The position numbers and the translations under genes are program-made. From Clostridia bacterium (GTDB taxonomy: Bacteria > Bacillota > Clostridia > TANB77 > UBA1234), in NCBI GenBank assembly GCA_017521465.1, contig JAFXCN010000016.1, positions 1 through 26,970 of the forward strand: a stretch of DNA of 26,970 nucleotides. The letters run 5' to 3'. The notes beneath the pieces are model-generated. The model was not told where the DNA came from. It worked only from the letters and a program-made list of their open reading frames with translations, and searched no databases. Of the stretch, positions 6,372-13,871 are shown piece after piece; positions within the stretch are counted from its first letter, which is position 1; each line of letters starts with the position of its first letter.

Positions 6372-8105
6372 TTAATTATAATATGGATTTTCTGGTGTAT
6401 CCCAACCGGTTGGCAAGTCACTACCGTGATCTTCTGGCGGTGTCACTGGAGTTGGTGGCGTTACCGGCTCCACTGCAGGTGGTGTAACAACAGGTTCATC
6501 AGGAATTTGTACAACAGGAGGTTTAACTTCAACCTTCTTCGTTCCTACTGCAACTATTTTACTTGTCTGTTTGTAATTGTCTTTTGATATTAGCGTTCTT
6601 GATATTACATTTCCATTAGCATCTTTTATTATCTTATATGCTTCAGATTTATATCCATTCATAGGTGATTGAAGAACTTTCGTAGTACCTTCATTCATAG
6701 TATTATCATATTGTGTAACTGTTGTATATTTTATTGTTTCTAAGATTTTACTCTCCAATTCAACTATAACGTCTTTGTCTGATTTTAATCCATATATTTT
6801 TGTTATAGCTTTGCCATTCTTTACCGTTGCTTCAATTTTTATTGGTGTCTCTCTATTATTTTTAAATTTAAAATCTATTGAGCCATAAACAACTGTTGCA
6901 TCCAAACTTGGGTCAACATATCCTGTATGCATCATATGTGCAGTTCTATCTGTTACATCTAAGTTTGCAAGCAATACAGCATTATAAAGTGTAGATGAAA
7001 CTTGGCAAATACCTCCACCTAATCCATCAACAACTTTTCCTCCTGAAAACACATGAGCTTCCTTAAATCCTCTTGCTGCTGTTCTTTCTCCAACAACTTT
7101 GTTATAAGAAAATTCGTCTCCAGGATATAAAATTGTTCCATTTATATTTTTGGCTGCAACTTGTAAATTAGTAACTCTCGCTGTATATGATTGATCATAT
7201 TTTGTTGTAAACTCTGCTAGGACATCTTTAAATAATACGTTGTCTAAATCTGCAACTTTTGTTTTTGGTTCTTCTTTTATCAAAATAATTTCTATTTTTT
7301 CTCCATCTTGCGCCTTATTATACGCTTCTTTTGCTTTTTCTTTATCGAAAGAAATTCCTTCTACTTCTTTTATTACTTCAAATGTTTCCCCAGCTTTATA
7401 TGAAGCATCAACTTTTTCTACATATACTTTTTCATAAAGTTCTTCAATGTCAATACGATTAGCTTTTCCAATATCTACTGGTACTTCTAACATGTTTTCT
7501 TTTTTATTATCGCTCAATATTTTTTCAAGTTCTTCTTTTAATTCTTCCTTCTTTATTGAAATTCCATCATGACCTTTCGTTATGATGATTTTGTCATTTT
7601 CAACAACATGTGTATCATTAACCGTAGAATCTTTAATATTTGCTATCATTTCTAAAGTTACGACATCAAGCCTAGAATTGTCTACTTCCAATCCTTCAGA
7701 AATCTTATATTCTTTTCCTAAATATGAAGATAAAATTGTATAATTGTCAGCAATAATATTACCACTTCTTCCATACTCATATGCACGAGATAATAATGTT
7801 TTCTCATATGAAAGACCTAAATCATTAAATGTGTATTTAAATTCTTCTCCATTTAGTTTTAATATTACTTCTTTTTCTCTTAGTTTCGAAAGTTCGCCTA
7901 CTATCTTTAAGTTAGCTTCTTCCTTTGTAAGCTCACCAACATATATGTCATTTACATATACGCCATTCAATATCTTTTCATTATTAATATTTATAATATA
8001 GAATATGACAGATACTAATATCGCTAACATAAATAAAATGCCTAAAGCAATTGCAATTCTTTTGGCTTTTTTTTCTTTTTTTCTAGAATATAGTATTTGA
8101 TTCAT
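6372..8105 (-). CDS. VanW-family protein with an N-terminal membrane anchor, a G5 domain and a Pro-rich C-terminus (YoaR-like)
   Basis: VanW core: YPGDEFSYN...GGGICQVSSTLYNA...TDRTAH...GLDATV...DFKFKN. G5-like segment: T.KYTTVTQYD..M.EGTTKV.Q.GMNGY....YKIIKD.NG.V....ISKD.Y....KIVAVGTK. There is a single N-terminal TM. Confidence 0.9.
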   Translation of the reverse strand: MNQILYSRKKEKKAKRIAIALGILFMLAILVSVIFYIININNEKILNGVYVNDIYVGELTKEEANLKIVGELSKLREKEVILKLNGEEFKYTFNDLGLSYEKTLLSRAYEYGRSGNIIADNYTILSSYLGKEYKISEGLEVDNSRLDVVTLEMIANIKDSTVNDTHVVENDKIIITKGHDGISIKKEELKEELEKILSDNKKENMLEVPVDIGKANRIDIEELYEKVYVEKVDASYKAGETFEVIKEVEGISFDKEKAKEAYNKAQDGEKIEIILIKEEPKTKVADLDNVLFKDVLAEFTTKYDQSYTARVTNLQVAAKNINGTILYPGDEFSYNKVVGERTAARGFKEAHVFSGGKVVDGLGGGICQVSSTLYNAVLLANLDVTDRTAHMMHTGYVDPSLDATVVYGSIDFKFKNNRETPIKIEATVKNGKAITKIYGLKSDKDVIVELESKILETIKYTTVTQYDNTMNEGTTKVLQSPMNGYKSEAYKIIKDANGNVISRTLISKDNYKQTSKIVAVGTKKVEVKPPVVQIPDEPVVTPPAVEPVTPPTPVTPPEDHGSDLPTGWDTPENPYYN

Positions 8106-8240
8106 AACACCTCTACCTTTCTTAAAACATCACATAATAATTTTACCATATTTTTCTACATATTTCAACAAAAAAAATAGGAATATTATAAATGTTCGCT
8201 TTTTAAGCAATCCAATTATAATTATCCCTATTTTTATACT

Positions 8241-8444
8241 CTATTTAAAAAATACCTCTTCTATACTAGCTTTAACAGCTTGACTTATGCTATACATCGT
8301 TTTCATAGACGGGTTTGTTCTTGAGCCATTTTCTAAGTGAGATAAATACCCGACAGATATACCTGTTTTTTCTGATAATTCTTTCAATGTAAGTTTTTGT
8401 TTCTTTCTATAATATCTAAGTTTATTATCGCACATACCTCTCAC
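8241..8444 (-). CDS. Small XRE-family helix-turn-helix (HTH) regulator (Cro-like)
   Basis: HTH_3 pattern: LTLKELSEKTGISVGYLSHLENG.R.NPS. The start is GTG at 8444 or ATG at 8435. It is divergent from the CI-like gene. Confidence 0.85.
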   Translation of the reverse strand: MRGMCDNKLRYYRKKQKLTLKELSEKTGISVGYLSHLENGSRTNPSMKTMYSISQAVKASIEEVFFK

Positions 8445-8469
8445 TTCTCCTTTGTTTGTCTTTTAGTCA

Positions 8470-8498
8470 ATAATATCATAACCGTTTTTTAAAATCAA
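8470..8498 (-). promoter_or_regulatory. Candidate promoter of the Cro-like gene
   Basis: Minus strand reads TTGATT - 17 nt - TATTAT. Confidence 0.5.
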
Positions 8499-8529
8499 TG
8501 TTTTATTGTCAAAAAAACAATTATACTAC

Positions 8530-8558
8530 TAGACAAATTTCTTGCTCTCTTATATAAT
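8530..8558 (+). promoter_or_regulatory. Candidate promoter of the CI-like gene
   Basis: TAGACA - 17 nt - TATAAT, about 30 nt upstream of the GGAGG RBS. Confidence 0.6.
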
Positions 8559-8588
8559 GTTTTCATAGATTTTATGGAGGAATTATAT

Positions 8589-9158
8589 ATGATTGGTAAG
8601 GTTATTCGAGAAGAAAGAATGAAAAGAAAAATCACATCAAAAGCATTTGCTGAAACTATTGGTATTGATAATGGTTTCTTGACTCATATTGAAAAGGGAG
8701 AAAGAAATCCTAGCAGAACCGTTCTTAATAAGATTTGCAAAGAATTAGATTTATCATACGATTTTATGCTTTCATTACTTCAAAATTCTTTATCAGATGT
8801 TTCTGCTGATTACGATGTAACTACTTATACCCCTACTAATAAAGTTTTATATGCTGAAAATATTTCTCTTATCGAATGCCCAAAGCTTTCAGATTCTGTT
8901 TCATTTGTTACTCGTATGCCAGACGCATCTATGGAACCCATTATTATGAAAGATAGTTTGCTACACATTAAATATACTTCCTTCATAAATAGCGGAGATA
9001 TTTGTATAGTAGTATTAAATAATAAAACTTTAATTAGAGAATTTAAATCGAACAAAGAAACTATTAAATTAATTCCTGGTAATTCATCATACGAAACTAT
9101 CAAAATAAATCCTGGCAAAGATTCTCTTGATATAATCGGAAAAATAATTGCATATTAA
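8589..9158 (+). CDS. CI/LexA-like repressor: an N-terminal XRE HTH fused to an S24 peptidase-like domain
   Basis: HTH: ITSKAFAETIGIDNGFLTHIEKGERNPS. The C-terminal domain has the S24 Ser motif (PDASMEP) and a downstream Lys context (TLIREFK). I prefer ATG 8589 (GGAGG 8 nt upstream) to the track start at 8574. Confidence 0.85.
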   Translation: MIGKVIREERMKRKITSKAFAETIGIDNGFLTHIEKGERNPSRTVLNKICKELDLSYDFMLSLLQNSLSDVSADYDVTTYTPTNKVLYAENISLIECPKLSDSVSFVTRMPDASMEPIIMKDSLLHIKYTSFINSGDICIVVLNNKTLIREFKSNKETIKLIPGNSSYETIKINPGKDSLDIIGKIIAY

Positions 9159-9170
9159 TTTAAAAATATA

Positions 9171-9199
9171 TTGCTATTTTATTTTTTTAATTATATAAT
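9171..9199 (+). promoter_or_regulatory. Candidate sigma-A promoter
   Basis: TTGCTA - 17 nt - TATAAT upstream of the 9244 gene. Confidence 0.6.
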
Positions 9200-9243
9200 C
9201 TTTGTATGAATATTAAACAAAAGATAATAAGGAGTGAGTTCGA

Positions 9244-9705
9244 GTGACAATTACTGATGCTGTTTTTTTTGATACAGACAAATTAATAGAAGGAAGAACT
9301 GTCAAACTTACATATAACGGAACTTTAGTTGAAAACGGAGCTTCTGAAATATATGTTCATTTTGGATTTGGTCTTTTATGGGACAATTTACAAGAATTAA
9401 AACTAGAAAAAGTGGGCGATGCATACGAAACTGAAATTACATTGATTTCTTCTGAAAATATTAATTTCTGTTTTAGAGATGGTGAAAATAACTGGGATAA
9501 CAATAATGCTCAAAACTACACAGCTCCAATTTCAAAAGTTGAAATTACTGTAGCAAAAGTAGACTCTACAGCAATTGAAGTACCAAGACTTAAAAAAGGT
9601 TATTTATTAATGAAGAAGATTAAACTTGCTTTTTATAAAACTGTTGTATTTTTATCAAACACTTTTACTGGTGAATGGAAAAAGAAAAAAGCAAAAGATG
9701 TATAA
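9244..9705 (+). CDS. Small protein with a CBM25/CBM53-like carbohydrate (starch)-binding module; tentative
   Basis: GTG start with AAGGAG 9 nt upstream. The segment VHFGFG..WDN........G..YE.EI......INFCF.DG.NNWDNNN.QNY resembles the W-DNN-G-NY signature of starch-binding modules. There is no N-terminal signal peptide, and the C-terminus is basic and hydrophobic. Confidence 0.7.
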   Translation: MTITDAVFFDTDKLIEGRTVKLTYNGTLVENGASEIYVHFGFGLLWDNLQELKLEKVGDAYETEITLISSENINFCFRDGENNWDNNNAQNYTAPISKVEITVAKVDSTAIEVPRLKKGYLLMKKIKLAFYKTVVFLSNTFTGEWKKKKAKDV

Positions 9706-9713
9706 AGTTTATT

Positions 9714-9746
9714 AAAAGATCGCAGTTATGCGGTCTTTTGTTTTTA
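9714..9746 (+). terminator. Rho-independent terminator
   Basis: Stem agatcgc / gcggtct (one G:U pair) with a 6-nt loop, followed by TTTTGTTTTT. Confidence 0.7.
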
Positions 9747-9757
9747 GGAGGTTATAT

Positions 9758-10480
9758 ATGAATAAAACTGTTTTAATTACTGGAGGTTCTCGTGGCATTG
9801 GAAAAGCCATGGTTTATAAATTTGCACAAGCTGGATATAATGTTTTGCTTAATTTTAATAAGTCAGAAGATATATCTAATCAAATTGCTCGAGAATTAAA
9901 TAATGTAAAAGTTTATGGAGCAGATGTTGCAGACAGAAACAAAGTTATCAATATGGTGAACTATGCTATTGAAAATTTTGGCAAGATTGATGTACTTATA
10001 AACAATGCCGGAATTTCTTCAAATGGACTTTTGCAAGATTTACCTTATGAAGAATGGCAAAGAATTATGAACGTTAATCTAAACGGCGTGTTTAATTGCA
10101 CGCAAGCAGTTCTTCCCGGAATGATTGAGAGAAAAGCTGGGAAGATTATTAATATTTCTTCTATATGGGGTATGGTTGGTGCTTCAAATGAAGTTGCATA
10201 CTCTACTTCAAAAGCCGCTGTGATAGGTATGACTAAAGCTCTAGCAAAAGAAGTTGGTCCTAGCAACATACAAGTGAATAGTATCGCACCAGGAATCATT
10301 ATGACAGATATGGTTTCAGACTACTCTCTTGAAGAAATGAATGCGATTACAGACCAAATTCCTCTTGGTAAAATTGGTTCTTCAGATGATATAGCGAACC
10401 TTGCTCTATTCCTTGCAAGTGACGAAGCAAATTATATAACTGGCCAAGTTATTTCTCCAAACGGTGGTTGGGTAATTTAG
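9758..10480 (+). CDS. SDR-family oxidoreductase, 3-oxoacyl-ACP reductase (FabG)-like
   Basis: TGGSRGIGKA (TGxxxGIG), NNAG, and S...YSTSKAA (YxxxK). ATG 9758 with AGGAGG 8 nt upstream; the track start at 9728 lies inside the upstream terminator. Confidence 0.9.
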   Translation: MNKTVLITGGSRGIGKAMVYKFAQAGYNVLLNFNKSEDISNQIARELNNVKVYGADVADRNKVINMVNYAIENFGKIDVLINNAGISSNGLLQDLPYEEWQRIMNVNLNGVFNCTQAVLPGMIERKAGKIINISSIWGMVGASNEVAYSTSKAAVIGMTKALAKEVGPSNIQVNSIAPGIIMTDMVSDYSLEEMNAITDQIPLGKIGSSDDIANLALFLASDEANYITGQVISPNGGWVI

Positions 10481-10486
10481 GGAATA

Positions 10487-10515
10487 TTGACAGGTTGACA
10501 TAAATGTGATATTAT
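10487..10515 (+). promoter_or_regulatory. Candidate extended -10 promoter
   Basis: TTGACA - 17 nt (ending TGa) - TATTAT, directly after the SDR stop codon. Confidence 0.55.
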
Positions 10516-10542
10516 ATATTCGTAAATTTTGACTCTAAAAAG

Positions 10543-10594
10543 GCTAAGATTATTATCAAAGCTATCAGCTTTTGTGTAAAATCTTAGCTTTTTT
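10543..10594 (+). terminator. Terminator-like nested hairpin (SDR gene terminator and/or leader attenuator)
   Basis: Outer 9-bp stem gctaagatt / aatcttagc encloses the inner hairpin aaagct-atc-agcttt. It is followed by TTTTTT and sits between the candidate promoter and the next start codon. Confidence 0.6.
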
Positions 10595-10619
10595 GACAAC
10601 AGAAAGGATGGTTTTCCAA

Positions 10620-11099
10620 ATGCGGCAAGAACTTCAGAACATCTTTTCACTTAACTATGACCCTACTGCATTTGATGACAAAGAAAAAGAAGTTAGACGT
10701 CTGCTCAACTTGGTGAAAGAGTGTTCTTCGGAAAAAGAACTGGTTAATTTTGCTACTGAAACAAAGTTTGACATTCGTGTACGTGTAGCTGCTGCAGAAA
10801 AGGTTAAAACTTTTTCGCACCTAGAGCATCTGCTGTGGCAAGCTTTTATCCAGTCTTCACTTGCCAACTGTACGGTAACGGTAATTGCAGCCAAAAAACT
10901 CAATGTGAATGACATGAAAAATCATGCGCTGCGTCCCGTGCTAATGACGGTAAATCTCTATGGTTTTCATGATCTCATCGAGGAAGCGATTCCTCTGGTA
11001 AGTGATGTGAATCTGCTGGAGGAATTCATTAACCTTGCCAAAAGGTTTTCACCAAAACTGGAACAGCTTGCATATGAGCGAGCTATGGAACTTCTGTAA
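10620..11099 (+). CDS. Hypothetical helical protein (160 aa), possibly HEAT-like repeats
   Basis: The ORF has clearly higher G+C than its neighbours. The track start at 10572 lies inside the hairpin, so ATG 10620 (or 10608) is more plausible. The segment DIRVRVAAAEKV is HEAT/PBS-lyase-like. Confidence 0.7.
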   Translation: MRQELQNIFSLNYDPTAFDDKEKEVRRLLNLVKECSSEKELVNFATETKFDIRVRVAAAEKVKTFSHLEHLLWQAFIQSSLANCTVTVIAAKKLNVNDMKNHALRPVLMTVNLYGFHDLIEEAIPLVSDVNLLEEFINLAKRFSPKLEQLAYERAMELL

Positions 11100-11103
11100 C
11101 AAG

Positions 11104-11140
11104 AACCGAGCGAAGAAATTTTCTTCGCTCGGTTTTTGTT
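11104..11140 (+). terminator. Rho-independent terminator
   Basis: 14-bp stem aaccgagcgaagaa / ttcttcgctcggtt, followed by TTTTTGTT. Confidence 0.85.
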
Positions 11141-11238
11141 GAAAAATTTTATACTCTATGCTATAATTTGCTCGATTTATAATTACTTTATTTATTTCAT
11201 TACGCTCACAACAAATAATTTTGAAGGAGGAAAACAAA

Positions 11239-11733
11239 ATGAGCGAACTTAAACTTCAAAAACGGGAATCTACATTTTTCACAACTTACAGCTTGCTAAA
11301 AGCTGGTGTGCGTCCTACTGACATCTCTGAGGTTAAAGGTCTTATCGGTGAAATTATGCTTCAAAATAACCTCAAAGAAGAAATGGTGCATGAAATTAAA
11401 ACACATTATTCTGCACAAAATGATGAGCTTGTTATTGACATTGTATATTGCACATTCATGAGTCCTAAAAAAATTGCAGCATTGCCTCGCGAAGAACTCA
11501 TTCATGCTGCATTGAATCAAATGGGATATTCTGACGAAAATATTATTGGCATTAAGTATGCACCTATTTCTGAATTTTCTACTGAAAAGACATGGATTGC
11601 TACAGTACATGATAAAAAGTATGATATGATGAAAGACGATGTCGCTACCTACAATGCAAGAGATTATTATTCTTCTCTCACTGCTATAGTAGATGAAGTC
11701 CTCGGATTCCACTTATGTTTTAATTTTGTATAA
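11239..11733 (+). CDS. Hypothetical protein (164 aa)
   Basis: ATG with AAGGAGG 8 nt upstream; the track TTG at 11221 is unlikely. I recognise no motif. G+C is higher than the window average. Confidence 0.75.
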   Translation: MSELKLQKRESTFFTTYSLLKAGVRPTDISEVKGLIGEIMLQNNLKEEMVHEIKTHYSAQNDELVIDIVYCTFMSPKKIAALPREELIHAALNQMGYSDENIIGIKYAPISEFSTEKTWIATVHDKKYDMMKDDVATYNARDYYSSLTAIVDEVLGFHLCFNFV

Positions 11734-11738
11734 AATTT

Positions 11739-11767
11739 AAGGAGCCTAGAGTAGGCTCCTTATTTTT
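11739..11767. terminator. Bidirectional terminator between convergent genes
   Basis: Stem aaggagcct / aggctcctt with a 5-nt loop. A/T runs are on both sides. Confidence 0.8.
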
Positions 11768-12533
11768 ATTTCACAAAAGGCAAAACATTAAAATAGTCAT
11801 TCATACTTATAAATTTCTGATAAACAAGACTTTCGGTAGAAAGAGGTACTTCAAAGCATACTTTATTAAGATACGTTAGCAGGTGCTCAATACGTCTAAT
11901 CTCTTCTATGCCAAAACCTTCACGATTAAAATATGCAAGTGTAATATGCGGAGTAAACGGATATGGCAACGAGCGTATTTTATCTACATGGCAGTACAGA
12001 TCCATGAGTTTTTCATAATCGTCTTCTGTAGCCGGACGCAGACCTAAAACCAAACTAGTATTTACCATGTTGAATGCACATGTAGTTATCATACTTATTG
12101 TTTGAGGCTTCACTTTCAACGCTTCAATCAAGCGCGCCATCAAAACTTCCGTTTCAAACATACTCTCCGTCACATCATAATCACATACGGCTGATGCATT
12201 CAAATCATGCAATGTCATATGCAAAGTATGTTCTTGTAGCATTTCTGCAAAGCAATGTGGCACAGCTTCATACAATGGTTTAATATATCGTTCAAAAATA
12301 ATTTTTTTCTGCACTTCACTTAAATTGAATACCACAGTGTCTCCTACAAAAGTACTAAAGCTTCTATCCTCTCTCACTTTGCCTGGTATCGAACCACTCG
12401 GCACAAATCTTTCAACTCCAAAATGAAAATCAGGCTTCTGAAAAGAAAGGATCCGATGCATAAAATTGTCAAAACCTTCATAGCTACTCATATTTTCGCC
12501 TAAATCAAACGACAGAAAATCTTCCCGTTTCAT
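11766..12533 (-). CDS. 2H phosphoesterase superfamily protein (LigT / cyclic phosphodiesterase fold, DUF1868-like)
   Basis: Two H-x-T-x motifs sit in the expected hydrophobic contexts: HTLHMTLHD (about 12204-12230) and TPHITLAYF (about 11929-11955). An upstream F.GDTVVF is also present. ATG 12533 with AAAGGAGG 7 nt upstream. Confidence 0.8.
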   Translation of the reverse strand: MKREDFLSFDLGENMSSYEGFDNFMHRILSFQKPDFHFGVERFVPSGSIPGKVREDRSFSTFVGDTVVFNLSEVQKKIIFERYIKPLYEAVPHCFAEMLQEHTLHMTLHDLNASAVCDYDVTESMFETEVLMARLIEALKVKPQTISMITTCAFNMVNTSLVLGLRPATEDDYEKLMDLYCHVDKIRSLPYPFTPHITLAYFNREGFGIEEIRRIEHLLTYLNKVCFEVPLSTESLVYQKFISMNDYFNVLPFVK

Positions 12534-12585
12534 GTTTTTTCCTCCTTTTAAGTTAGAAAATATTTGCATATATTAACGTATTGGT

Positions 12586-12614
12586 ATTATATAGAGGTAA
12601 TTTTATATTGTCAA
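12586..12614 (-). promoter_or_regulatory. Consensus sigma-A promoter of the 2H phosphoesterase gene
   Basis: Minus strand reads TTGACA - 17 nt - TATAAT. Confidence 0.7.
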
Positions 12615-12627
12615 GATGCTAAACTAA

Positions 12628-12651
12628 TGCCAATTGGGATGCCAATTGGGA
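12628..12651. promoter_or_regulatory. Tandem 12-bp repeat, each unit containing the palindrome CCAATTGG (operator-like)
   Basis: tgccaattggga occurs twice back to back, with palindromes at 12630-12637 and 12642-12649. A partial third half-site, cattggca, is at 12658-12665. The repeat lies just upstream of the -35 of the minus-strand promoter. Confidence 0.5.
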
Positions 12652-12703
12652 CGGACTCATTGGCATTTTATCATATAACTCTTTTTAAAAATGTAAAACA
12701 CAC

Positions 12704-12732
12704 TTGACATTTTGTTTAATAGGTAGTAAAAT
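12704..12732 (+). promoter_or_regulatory. Consensus sigma-A promoter of the XRE/membrane-protein pair
   Basis: TTGACA - 17 nt - TAAAAT. It is followed by the near-palindrome gtaaagtttactttac. Confidence 0.7.
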
Positions 12733-12777
12733 GAAAATGTAAAGTTTACTTTACTATTTGTGAAAGGAGCTGATTGT

Positions 12778-12975
12778 TTGCATAACAAAATAAAAGAATT
12801 GCGAAAAGAAAAGAAAGTAACACAAGATGATTTAGCTGGAGCAGTAAGCGTAACTAGACAAACAATTATTTCATTAGAAAACGGGAAATATAATGCGTCC
12901 TTACAACTTGCTCACAAAATTTCGAAATACTTTAACATGAAAATTGAAGATGTTTTTATTTTTGAGGAGGAATAA
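12778..12975 (+). CDS. Small XRE-family HTH regulator
   Basis: [50 protein letters not shown] is a classic HTH_3 pattern. I prefer the TTG start at 12778 (AAGGAG 8 nt upstream) to the track start at 12760. Confidence 0.85.
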   Translation: MHNKIKELRKEKKVTQDDLAGAVSVTRQTIISLENGKYNASLQLAHKISKYFNMKIEDVFIFEEE

Positions 12976-12977
12976 CT

Positions 12978-13391
12978 ATGGATTTTAAAAAGACACTTAA
13001 ATCAAGATTGTATATTGCCATTATCTACATTGTACTTGGTATAATAATTTTTGCTGCATTTATAAATAGACAAGATGATAATTATATATCAACTTTTGGT
13101 TTTATTTTAACTTTACTAGGAATCGTTCGCATAAGAAATTATTTTCTTATTACTAAAGATGATGCAACTATAAAAAAACAGCAAATTATCGAAACAGACG
13201 AAAGAAATCTCACAATTATAAGCAAAGCTAAGAGTACTGCATTTTCTATATATATTATACTTTCGTGTTTATCAGTAATTATTCTTTCATTTTTAAATCT
13301 GCATGACATTGCACAACTAATTTCCTATTCCGTTTCTCTTTTAGTCGTATTATATTGGATTTGCTACTTGATATATCAGAAAAAATTATAG
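12978..13391 (+). CDS. Four-TM membrane protein paired with the XRE regulator (DUF2178-like arrangement)
   Basis: ATG 3 nt after the XRE stop, with a GGAGG RBS. It has four hydrophobic helices. Confidence 0.8.
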   Translation: MDFKKTLKSRLYIAIIYIVLGIIIFAAFINRQDDNYISTFGFILTLLGIVRIRNYFLITKDDATIKKQQIIETDERNLTIISKAKSTAFSIYIILSCLSVIILSFLNLHDIAQLISYSVSLLVVLYWICYLIYQKKL

Positions 13392-13425
13392 TTTATATAC
13401 CAAAAATAGTAAATATTTAAAAGTA

Positions 13426-13462
13426 CATGAAAAAAGCAGATTTCAAAAGAAATCTGCTTTTT
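13426..13462 (-). terminator. Terminator of the tRNA-Lys/Glu/Thr operon (bidirectional shape)
   Basis: 11-bp stem aaagcagattt / aaatctgcttt. The minus strand is followed by TTTTTTCA. It starts 2 nt after the tRNA-Thr CCA. Confidence 0.85.
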
Positions 13463-13463
13463 A

Positions 13464-13539
<76 letters not shown>

Positions 13540-13543
13540 GATT

Positions 13544-13618
13544 TGGTGACCCGTAGGAGAGTCGAACTCCTCACTCCGCCGTGAAAGGGCGATGTCTTAA
13601 CCGATTGACCAACGGGCC
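13544..13618 (-). tRNA. tRNA-Glu (anticodon UUC), CCA encoded
   Basis: Minus-strand read: GGCCCGT TGGTCAATCGGTTAAGACA TCGCC CTTTCAC GGCGG ... GGAGTTCGACTCTCC TACGGGTC A CCA. It is close to the canonical Firmicute tRNA-Glu. Confidence 0.9.
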
Positions 13619-13623
13619 ATAGA

Positions 13624-13699
13624 TGGTGAGCCATCCGCGATTCGAACGCGGGACAACTTGATTAAAAGTCAAGTGCTCTGCCAACTGAGCTAATGGCCC
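13624..13699 (-). tRNA. tRNA-Lys (anticodon UUU), CCA encoded
   Basis: Minus-strand read: GGGCCAT TA GCTCAGTTGGCAGAGC A CTTGA CTTTTAA TCAAG ... CGCGTTCGAATCGCG G ATGGCTC A CCA. Confidence 0.9.
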
Positions 13700-13727
13700 A
13701 CGTGCAGTCACCAACAACTGCTTCTCT

Positions 13728-13756
13728 ATACTACAACATTTTTCACCATCTGTCAA
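13728..13756 (-). promoter_or_regulatory. Sigma-A type promoter of the tRNA-Lys/Glu/Thr operon
   Basis: Minus strand reads TTGACA - 17 nt - TAGTAT, about 28 nt upstream of tRNA-Lys. Confidence 0.65.
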
Positions 13757-13871
13757 CAACTTTTTTGAAAAAATATTTTTATTTTTAATCAACAATGATG
13801 TAGCACTAAAAAACGCTTAATATCATTATCCTTATTCTACCTAAATTTGCTTTTTTCAGCACTTCTTGCTT

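Noticed and set aside
5760-6520. Short nucleotide repeats at about 5790-5830 and 6430-6520
   Set aside because: They encode Pro-rich linkers ([24 protein letters not shown]) inside well-supported genes. This is coding low complexity, not an independent repeat element.
7240-8001. ORFs 7240..7437 and 7744..8001 on the plus strand
   Set aside because: They lie antisense within the VanW-family gene and have Ser/Phe-rich mirror translations.
8241-9158. Prophage at the CI/Cro-like pair
   Set aside because: No integrase, terminase, capsid, tail or lysis genes lie within several kb on either side. Only the regulatory pair is present.
8825-12283. Antisense ORFs 8825..9118, 10045..10299, 10655..10915, 11049..11237, 11296..11712 and 12098..12283
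   Set aside because: Each lies inside or across a better-supported gene on the other strand, which has motifs, an RBS and a terminator. None has its own RBS.
13571-13795. 74-aa minus-strand ORF
   Set aside because: It is entirely made of tRNA-Glu, tRNA-Lys and their promoter region.
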